Of a DNA stretch of 64,000 nucleotides, positions 1 to 10,705 are shown one piece after another (positions within the stretch are counted from its first letter, which is position 1; each line of letters opens with the position of its first letter). The translations under genes were made by a program, and so were the position numbers. A model generated the notes under the pieces. The model searched no databases. It had not been told where the DNA came from and worked only from the letters and a program-made list of their open reading frames with translations. The DNA lies in NCBI GenBank assembly GCA_002104945.1, contig MCFH01000057.1:284584-348583 (forward strand). Reading direction: 5' to 3'. This stretch comes from Piromyces finnis finn. Lineage: Eukaryota; Fungi; Neocallimastigomycota.

Positions 1-2570
1 AGATTGAAAAAAAGATTTCAGGTTTGAGAAAAGAAATTGAAGACAGAAATAGTATCATAGATCAAAAAGAAAAGAAGGAAAAATCACTTATAGCAGCTAT
101 AAATGATGTATATATTTAAAATAATATTTCGAATCAACATATAATTAAAAAAAATATAATTTTTAAAGTTTTGAAATTTTTAATATTCTTTTTTTCATTA
201 TTAAAAATATTATAAAATAAAGTTAAAAAAAGAATTTATAGAAACTGATAAAATAAAGACATTAAATAATGATTTACAGTTCAAATTAAAGAATACCGAG
301 GAAATATTACAAAAGTATACCTATAAAATTAGTATTCCCACCATAAACTATTATATATATAGTATGTTAATTATTAATATTAATTAAATAATAATTTTTT
401 GCTAAATATATTAGATCCCAAAAGAAAAATATCAAACTTAAAAATGACTTGGAAGATCTAATTAAAAATATAGGTAACAAGAATAATTTTTAATTTCATT
501 TTTTTATTCAAAAATTATATATTTATAAAATGTCTAAAATCTTATATTTAAAAATTCAATTCAATAGAAAACATTGAAAAGATTAAAAAAGAGCAAGAAA
601 CACAAATATCTATATATAAAGATAAGCTTAGTGATTTAAGAATTAAAAACAAGAAGATGGTAATTAATAATTAATTTATAGTATATATAGTATATATATA
701 TATATATATTATATGATATATATTTAATTGTACTAATTAATTTTTAAAAAAAAATACATATATTTATCTTTAATAAATAGGAAACTGATATAAAGATTAA
801 TAAAGAATTACTAAATAAGCAATCAGAAAAAATAAAAAATAAAAGTATTAGGCCAACATCAGCAAATTCAGTAAAATCTGTTTCTTCTGATTCTTCAATA
901 TCTTTAAGACCATCTTCTGCTGATGACGGTAAATTTATAAACAATTAAAATAATATATAATATATATGTGTTGAATATTAAAATAGTACGATATATATAT
1001 AATACAATAATTCTTATATAGCCTATCAAAAGTGGAATAATACTAAAAAACTTACCAAACAAATTGATATTTTAAAGAAAAAATTAGCAGAAAAGGTAAT
1101 ATTAGATAAATAAATCATAAGAAAGAAAGATTTTTTTTAAAAATAATATATAATATTATTATAATATTCATAAATATATTCAATTTTTTATTTTATATGG
1201 TAGACTTCAGAATGTGAAACACAACAAATAACTATTAAAAGACTTAAAGATATGAATAGTCGATTAGAGCATTCTGGTTTTAAAAGAAGATCTAATTCCA
1301 ATAGTAACGGAACAACCACAAATAATAATGAAAATGATACCTTCATAACGACATTAAACGAAAATGATTACACCAAGCGTTATGTAGAATTATTAAATTC
1401 TGAAGAGAAATTACAAAAACAAATTAATGATTTGAAAGGACAAAACATTTATCTTGAAGCTGAAAATGAAAAACTTCAATGTGTAAGTACTAAAAAAAAT
1501 TAAGAATATCAAAAAAAAAAAAAGAAAAACTTAAATTCAAGATATCGACAATATATTTATTTTTAAACGAAAATACAACATACTAATTCTTTAATTTTTT
1601 ATTTTATATAGGTCGATATGGTAGAAAAAGAAAAACAAGTTGAAACTTATAAACAAAAAATTATTCAATTAGAAGAAAAATTATCAATAATGAATAGGTA
1701 TGTTGAAGAATTCAAAAGAAAAGAAAACTCTAAATCAATCTTTGATGATATCCCCGATACCCAGCAATTTAATAAATTAAAGGATGAAATCAAGAAATTA
1801 GAGGATAAAAATGAAGAACTAAATAGAAAATTAGGTGAAAAAGAAATTGAGTGTATTGAATTGGTTCAAGTTATTAAAGGAAATAATATGGTTATTGAAA
1901 AACAAACGAAAAAAATGAATGATATTGAATTAGTAAGTAAATTTAGTATTATTAAGTTTAAATATATACTTCTATTAACTAAATATATATAAAATATCTT
2001 ATCTTTCCACTAAAATGAAAAATTAAAAAACAATAGGAAAAAGATGAGTTGCAGAAACAATTAAATGATACTTTAAATATGTCTGATACCAATACATTAA
2101 CTTTGAATTCCTTAATTAAAACAATGGAAAAAGACAAATACCTTTCTAAAATTGTTCCTGTATTCCACCATTTAACTAATAGTATGTTATTAAAAGTTTT
2201 ATATATACAAATATAATTCCATAATTCTACAAATTTTTTATTTTATTTATTAATCATTAAAAATAAACCTCTTTATATTAGCCAATTATAAATTAAAGAG
2301 TGAAGTTGAAAGATTATCAAGTAATTCTCTAACATTGAGAAAATATACCCAAGTAAATAATGAAATTTATTATTATATATATAACTATATATTTAATGAT
2401 ATTTTAATATTTTCATACATCTTTATTAAATCACTATTTTTCCCTTAACTGTATCTTTTAGTATGTTCAAAATAATCTATTACAACATAGGAAAAAAAAT
2501 TACGAAAATCTTAATACACCCCAAAAATCAAAAAATGATAATGAAAATGAAATTAAGAAAAGGTAGATTG

Positions 2571-2616
<46 letters not shown>

Positions 2617-3723
2617 ATATAAAGACAATATATAAATATATATAATGAATATTTAATAGAATAAAAAGTTTTAACTAACTATTATAATAATAAACTCTAT
2701 AGCAATAACAAAAAAACAATAGAATCACCCAAAAATCTAAATAATGAGTCTAAAAATACCAAATTATTGATAGAAAAGTTAAAAAAAGAAAATAATCAAT
2801 TATTGGTAAATACATAAATTAAAAAAAAAAAGTAATAAGTTATTATTATTTTATATATTAATATTATTTTTATAAAACTTTTGTTATAGGCAAGTCAAGA
2901 TGCTAAAAATAAAGAAATCAAATTGTTAAGAGAGCAATTATGTAAATTTGAATCAGATGAAGAAGATAGTAATTCAAGTAAAATAGATTCTCAAGAAGTA
3001 ATGAAACTGGTAAATAAAAATAAAATAAAGCAAGAAGAAAAACTAAATTATTTAATACTTAATTTAGATATTATATAGTATATACTAATATTTCTATTTT
3101 TTTATTAATATATATTTAATTGTAGAAATCTGAATTAAAAACTAAAGATGACATTCTTAATACAGTTATTAATACCACAGATATAAATATATCAACAAGT
3201 TATAATCAAAAATTACAATCCATTAAATATAATAAACAAGTATTATATCTATTACTATATATAAGCAATAATAATAATAAATATTTAAAAATAATTAACC
3301 TATAAATATTTATACTAAAATAACTTTGAAAAATATATATACATTGTAGGTGGAAAGTTTAAATAAAAAGCTTAAAGATCTAACTGAAGAAAAGGATGCC
3401 TTAATGAAAGAAAAGGTTAAATTAGAAGCCATAATTGCTGAAAAAGAACGTAAAAATCAACAATCACAGTATCATTTTCAATTAATAATGGAAGAAAATG
3501 AAAAATTAAAAGGTTAGTATAATTATATATAAAAAAAATAGAAAAATAATAGACATTACTTATAATATTATATATATTATTCAATTCTATAGCTGAAATA
3601 TTCAGTAATCAATTTTACGAAGAATTAGAAGATTTAAAAGAAAATTATAAAGAAGCCTTAGAACAAAATCAACATTATATAAAAGTTATCGAAAGATTAA
3701 AAAGCAAAATTCAATCAACATAA
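1..3723 (+). CDS. CEP290: 3' portion of a multi-exon coiled-coil protein, CEP290-like (ciliary transition zone); the 5' part lies outside the window
   Basis: Series of GT-AG bounded coiled-coil exons (e.g. ~1022-1096, 1204-1485, 1612-1934, 3351-3512, 3592-3723). The last exon reads AEIFSNQFYEELEDLKENYKEALEQN...*, resembling the CEP290 C-terminal F..F.EE.EDLK.NY motif from memory. KWNNTKKLTKQIDILKKKL resembles CEP290 RWEEGKKWQ. No database search was run. Confidence 0.55.
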
Positions 3724-5937
3724 TGTAACTAATTGAAATTAATTCTTAAGTTAAACTCGTTTTTATATTTTTTCTTTATATCTATTTTTATCATGATATG
3801 ATAAAAACTTTTATAATTTAAGAGATAATAAATCATTTATTTCTTTTATTCCTTTAAAAAAACAAATTAAGATAAAAAAAAAAGTATTTTATTAATACTA
3901 ATTAACATTGTAAATAATATTTTTGTCTTTTTTTAATAAAAGTATACTAAATCTATTCTGTAATAATTTAAAAATAATATAATATAAATAAATATTTGTA
4001 AAACTTTTAAACAATTACATATATCAAATAAAATACTTCAATTTATATAATAAATATGTATATATTATATTATAACTATTAAACTATTAAAATTATAAAA
4101 TCATTTTTAAACATTAATTAAACATATTCAAAGTTTAAAAAACTTTTTTTTTAATATTAATAATAATTTGTCTTATATTTAAATGCCTTCTTTTAATTAA
4201 TTTTCAAATCAATAGGATTAAAATCTATTATTTTATATTTTATATTTTTATAGCATTTAATATGTTATTAAAAAATTGGTATTTATACATAATATTTTAT
4301 TATTATTTTGTTGTTGTTATTCTTTTTTTCTTTTATGTATTTTATATATTCGTTATTGTTTTTTTTAAAAAAAAAAAAAAAAGAAAGAAAATTGATAATT
4401 GATAAGAATTTGTGGTTCTTATATAAATAAGGATTGGTTTATTATTACAATTATGATAACTTTGTTAATAGTTTACTGCATTTATTTTGATAACCCATTC
4501 CAATGAAAAAAAATAACATGAATTTATTTATTATAACTTTTATACATCAAAATCATTAATAAATACAATAATTTTATTTTATTTTTTTTATAGACTATAT
4601 ATAAGTTTACTTCATCTTTTTTGTTTATTCTATTTTTCTTAAAAAAAAAAAAAAAGAAGAAAGAAAGGGTTATAATAATTATAATAATTAAATGGGTTAA
4701 AGTTTAACTTTAATCCACCTGCTGAAAAAGTCGACTGTTTTTTTTTTTGTTTGTTTGTTTGGAGCTGAGTAACTTTAAATATTAAAATTTTTATAATTCT
4801 AGAGAAATTAAAATTATTAATTAAATTATTTTTTATTGATTTGATATTTGATTATTAATAAAGATAAAAAAAAAAATAAAAAAAGGTTTATCAAAAAAAA
4901 TAATAATGTTAATTCAATAATACCATTTTAAAATCATAAATCTTTAAAAAAAAAAAAGTTAGTAAAATTAAAAAATATATATGTAATTATGTAATATCTA
5001 ACATTAATAAATGGCTACCTTTTTATTGTAACATTAATATTGGATTCATATTCATATACAAATGTATAGCCCAAATAAAAAGGAACAATGATAAATATTG
5101 AGATTGTTAATGTATTATACATATTATACCCATTATATATAGTATATACCTAAATAGTATTCATTCCAAAAGCTCAAACTTTAAATATTTAATTACCTTT
5201 TATTATAAATGGATAAAAATTTTAATAAAAGAAAAAAATAATAATAATAGAGACAATAAAAGATATGTTTATACCTATTAAATATGATAAATATTAGACT
5301 TTAAACTTTTAAAAATATAATTGTTCTTTTATAACAAATAGGCAAAAGCCTTTTATAAATATATTTACGAGTAAATGAATATCATATGGTGTCAGTGTTA
5401 TAAGCAAATGCATCCAATAAACCAAAAAAGTTAATAATTAATAAATTCTTTATCTCTTACTTTTTTATTAAAAAAAAAAAAAAATGCTAAAAGCCTTTTT
5501 TTAGACTTTTAAAAGAAAGGAAAGAAAAATTACAAACATAAATTTACAAAATCAATTCTTTTAAATAATTAAGTTTTTAAAACTCGAAAATTTATTTTAT
5601 TTTTATTTTATTTTTTTAATTATTTAAATATATACAATTACAAATTAGCTAACTCATAAATTTTTATTATCAATTATTATTATTTTATAATTAATGCATT
5701 AAAAATCCTTATACTAGAAAAAAAAATAAATATAACAGAATAGTAAACACAAACACAAACACATAATATATATTAATTTAATTTCAATAAAATACATATC
5801 ATTACTAAAAAAAAAAAATAATTAATTTAACATTATTAAAAAAAAAAAACAATTTTAAAAAGAAAAATACAATTTTAATTTGATAAATAAATAAATTTCA
5901 ATACAATTATTTTTATTCTATCATTTCATTATTATTC

Positions 5938-8900
5938 ATGGAGAACGAAATCTCTACTTTATCAATACCAGAAGATATTAAAAAAGGGACAATGGAATCA
6001 CCAACAAATACGATGAATGTAAATGAAACAAATACACCAATCCTTCAAGTTGAAGGAAACACAAATAGTAATCACCGTCCGGAAATGGATAATTCTGATA
6101 TAACAACAGATGTTACAGAAGAAATAAAAAATGATGATTTAAATAATAGTTATGCCGAAAACGAAAAAGCAGTCAGTACTGGAATCTCAAATACTCTAGA
6201 TGATTCTAAAAATGAAATTAATGAAAATGAAATCAATGAAGATGGAATAAATGATGATACCAATAATGAAGTCAATGAAAATGAAATTAATGAGGATGAA
6301 ATAAACGATGATACCAATAATGAAGTCAATGAAAATGAAATTAATGAAGATGAAATAAATGATGATACCAATAATGAAGTCAATGAAAATGAAATTAATG
6401 AAGATGGAATAAATGATGATACCAATAATGAAGTCAATGAAAATGAAATTAATGAAGATGGAATAAATGATGATTCTAATTATGACGCTGTTGAAGTCGA
6501 TAATAATATTAGCGATGATTCCAATAACAAAGATAATCTCGCCGATGATGATAAAATTAATGAAAATGAAATCAATGAAAATGAAATTAATGAGAATGAA
6601 ATCAATGATGATATTAATAATGAAATCAATGAAGATGGAATAAATGATGATATCAATAATGAAGTCAATGAAAATGAGATTAATGAGGATGAAATCAATG
6701 ATGATATTAATAATGAAATCAATGAAGATGGAATAAATGATGATACCAATAATGAAGTCAATGAAAATGAAATTAATGTGAATGAAATAAACGATGACAT
6801 TAATAATGAAGTCAATGAAAATGAAATTAATAAGGATGAAATAAACGATGACATTAATAATGAAGTCAATGAAAATGAAATTAATGTGAATGAAATAAAC
6901 GATGACATTAATAATGAAGTCAGTGAAAACGAAATTAATGAGGATAAAATAAATGATGATACCAATACCAATAATGAAATCAATGAAGATAGAATAAATG
7001 ATGATATCAATAATGAAGTCAATGAAAATGAGATTAATGAGGATGAAATCAATGAAAATGAAATAAACGATGTTACTAATAATAATGAAATTAATGAAAT
7101 AATGGAAAATGAAGTTAATAATAATATCAATGATTTTAATAATGAACCTGTTGAAAATGAAATTAATAATAATGCCAGCAATGATTCTAATAATGACTTT
7201 GCTAAAATTGTTGATAATACTAACAATAACTTCAACAACGAAATTATTGAAAATGAATTTAAGGAGATTTCAAGCAATAATGATAATATTGTTAATGAAT
7301 TTAAAGAAAACACCAAATCATCAAATAGTGGAATTCCAGTAATAAATGTTGAAGGTATGTCAGACGATGAAAATGATGCTATTTATAGTCCAATAGATAA
7401 TGTTGATACTTCTATGGATAGTCCAGCCATCATGAAAGATACCACTGATCCTGTTTCACCAGTCTCTCCAATTAATACAGATTTACCACAAAATCAGAAT
7501 ACTAATCCAAGTTTAAATTCTGCAACTAGTACTGCAAGTGAGGCCATATCTAATGCATGGAGTTCTGTTTCTAATTATTTATGGTCTTGGTTTGAACAAC
7601 CAGCTGAAAATATACCAGAAAGTATAGAAGAAGAACAATCCCCTACTAGTAATAAAACAAATACCCAATCTGAAACATCTGGTACTAATTATTATACCAG
7701 TTTTTTTGGTTCTTTCTTTAGTCGACCAGCCGCAACAGAAAGTACTACTAATAATACTTCACTTGAGAAGAAGGTCAGTAATAGTAGTCTTTCCTCCTCT
7801 CGACTTAGTTTATTAAGTCAACAAGCTCGTATGAATTCTGTTCAATTTATTGGTCTTGAAGAAAGCGATGAAGATGTCAAGCCAATTATTAATCATGAAT
7901 TAACTGACTATATTCGACCACATTTACCTTTATATCAACGTGAATCACCAAAGTGGGTACTTCGTTATTCCACAACGCAACATGGGATTAGTTTAAATAC
8001 GCTTTATAAAAATGTTGAAAATGCTGGCCCACTTATACTTGCTATTCGCGATACCGAAAATAATGTAAATGATCGTATATACAAGTTACAAACAATAATA
8101 TCATACCTTTTCAATAATAATAAATAGATATATTAATAGATTTTTTTTTTTTTTTTCATACTAATATTTCATTTAAATAGGTATTTGGTGCCTATGTTTC
8201 AGAAAGTTTCCATGTCAGTAAAGGATTCTATGGTACAAGAGAATGGTAAATTTTAAATTATTATGAAAATAATAAGAAGAATATAATTTTTGATATTATT
8301 TATATATATATATAAAAGTACTATTATACATTATCTTACCTTGTTTTATTACCTCCTTCTAATTTTAATAATATAAATCATTATATACATATTCTTTTTA
8401 TTATTATTATTTTTTTTCTTTCATAGTTTCCTATGGAAATACGTTAAAGGGGGATTAAAAATGTACCCAACCTCAGGATATAATGAATACTTTATTCTTT
8501 CTGAATCAGATTATATTGCTATTGGTGGAGGGTAATTATTATTATTTTTTTTTTTTAATATAAATTTAAATGGGCAATTAAGGAAGAAGAAAAAAAAAAA
8601 AAAAAGATTAAAGCTATTTAAATAAAAAAATTAGATAATCTATTCTTTATCATTATTCATGATACAGTTAAATATTAATTTTTTTCTTATTTTATGTATA
8701 TATAATGATATATTATAGAAATGGTAACTATGGTTTATACATTGATGAAGGTAATTTAAACTTTAATTCTTCTCGAATATTTTAAATAACTAAATTTTTT
8801 ACTAAAACTTTTTTTTTTTTTAATAATTAATTCTCTTTTTAGATATACAAAACGGACAATCTTCTGAATGTACAGCCTTCTTTAATGAACCACTCTCCTC

Positions 8901-8952
8901 TTCGGTTCATTTCCAAATTCTTTCTTTAGAAGTTTGGGCATTTGAAATGTAG
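5938..8952 (+). CDS. OXR1: TLDc-domain protein (OXR1/NCOA7 family) with a long Asn/Glu/Asp/Ile-rich N-terminal repeat region
   Basis: Exons about 5938-8064, 8181-8245, 8427-8531, 8721-8750, 8843-8952 with GT-AG borders. Spliced C-terminus reads WVLRYSTTQHGISLNTLY...LAIRDTENNVFGAYVSESFHVSKGFYGTRECFLWK...YIAIGGG...GLYID...FFNEPL...LEVWAFEM*, a typical TLDc domain. Confidence 0.85.
6205..7150 (+). repeat. Coding minisatellite, ~54-nt (18-aa) unit NNEVNENEINEDEINDDT with 15-nt sub-repeats (NENEI)
   Basis: Repeated aataatgaagtcaatgaaaatgaaattaatgaagatggaataaatgatgatacc units, in frame in exon 1 of the TLDc gene. Confidence 0.95.
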
Positions 8953-9497
8953 ATTAGATTTAAATTTTATTTTTCTTTTCATTGTTTTACAATTTCATTT
9001 TTATAATTTTTTATTAGTAGTATTATTTTTTTATCATTTTTTTTATTAACATTTAAATAGGATATATTTATATAATATGTAATTATAAAAATATATCTAT
9101 AGTAAGCATAACTTTTTTTTTCTTTTCAATCAAAATATAAAAAATAGGATAATAATAATTTTAAATCATTTAAAACTATTTATTCCCTAAATTTATTATA
9201 ATATATATATACATTTTTTAATACGTTTATACTCATCTTTTCTTTAAAATTTAAATAAAATAAATATATTCAAATATAAAAATTGCATAATAATAATAAT
9301 AATAATAAATGATGAATAAATAGTATTGATAGCTATTAATAATTACACTATATTCTCATTTATTAATTGTTTATTCCATTAAATAAAATAAAAAAAAAAA
9401 AAAAAAAAAAAAAAGAGCCTATTATTATTGCTATATTTATATTTAATATAATATAAAAAAAAAACTAAATTTTTACTATTTATAATTTTATTATAAT

Positions 9498-10044
9498 TTT
9501 TTTTTTTTTTTTTTTTTTTTAACTTCCGAGTGCATTTCTCCCATCGATCAGAGTTAGCTCCAATGGTGGTTCTTAGAGAAACGTTGGCTCATTCCTATTG
9601 CTAGGTGGTTGTGACCCTCCTGGTCTGTCATACTGTTTCTTCAGCTTCGACGCTCACTTAATCCATGTACATTAGATGCATGTCGTTGTACGATATTTCA
9701 CAACTACAATGCTAAGCCTCTTATAGTCAATTTGATCACGTGTCAACCGCCCCCCAATGTTTACACTTAAATTGATTAAGGAATATTATGTGTTTTTGGC
9801 ATAGCCTAAGTCACCACTTATTAAGTTCTAATTTGGAATGTACCATGTACACTAGACCCTCTCAGGCCGGCTAGACGAGTGTTATTATCATAGTAGTAAA
9901 TTAGAAAGTTCATTTATACTTACCTGAATATCATAACCCAACCCATGGCAAACCCAGTGGGAAAATCCACAGGCACTGACATCTGCGGGGTCGAACCAGA
10001 AGCCTTATGTATGCTAAGGAAACGCCTTAACAACCAGGATAAAA
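9498..10044 (-). mobile_element. tRNA(Ala)-derived SINE, ~547 bp, with poly(A) tail and 14-bp target-site duplication
   Basis: GC-richer island. The minus-strand head reads ...CCTGGTTGTTAAGGCG TTTCC TTAGCAT ACATA AGGCT TCT GGTTCGACCCC: a degenerate A box, a tRNA-Ala(AGC)-type anticodon loop and a B box at exact tRNA spacing. 24-T run at 9497-9520 (poly(A) on minus). Identical AATTTTATTATAAT at 9484-9497 and 10045-10058. Confidence 0.85.
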
Positions 10045-10279
10045 ACTGGAACGAAATTTTATTATAATAACAAAATATTAGTGTTAATAATAGAGTTGTA
10101 GTTGCAGTGTAATAATATTAATATTAATATTAGTAGCAATATCAAAATTACTTTATATTTTTAAGTGGTAAAAAGGTAGTACAAATATTAAAAATAATTT
10201 GGTAAAAATTATTAAAAAAAAAAAAAAACTATAAATTTTGTATTACCATAAAATATTATATATAAATTTTCCTTTTTAA

Positions 10280-10393
10280 TTTATTTATTTATTCATTTAT
10301 TTATAAATTTATTATTTATTTATTTATTTATTCATTTATTTATAAATTTATTATTTATTTATTCATTTATTTATAAATTTATTATTTATTTGT

Positions 10394-10444
<51 letters not shown>

Positions 10445-10457
10445 TATATTTATATAT

Positions 10458-10496
<39 letters not shown>

Positions 10497-10527
10497 TTTT
10501 ACATTATTTATTTATTTATTTATTTGT

Positions 10528-10574
<47 letters not shown>

Positions 10575-10587
10575 TATATTTATATAT

Positions 10588-10618
<31 letters not shown>

Positions 10619-10631
10619 TATATTTATATAT

Positions 10632-10666
<35 letters not shown>

Positions 10667-10705
10667 GTTAGTTAGTTAGTTAGTTAGTTATTTATTTATT
10701 TATTA
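10280..10705. repeat. (TTTA)n microsatellite, preceded by a ~28-bp unit repeat and followed by (TTAG)n
   Basis: Directly visible; explains the spurious FIYL-repeat ORF at 10390-10671. Confidence 0.95.

Noticed and set aside
6150-7342. Ser/Leu/Ile-rich antisense ORFs
   Set aside because: Mirror of the Asn/Glu/Asp coding minisatellite of the TLDc gene.
9916-10030. U1 snRNA (ATACTTACCTG on the plus strand)
   Set aside because: No U1 loop I (GATCAC), loop II (ATTGCAC) or Sm site follows. The motif is simply the reverse complement of a CAG|GTAAGTAT donor inside the SINE.
10390-10671. FIYL-repeat ORF, and similar poly-F, poly-L and poly-K ORFs (19634, 41907, 42890, 43881, 45421)
   Set aside because: Translations of (TTTA)n, (TTA)n and homopolymer tracts.
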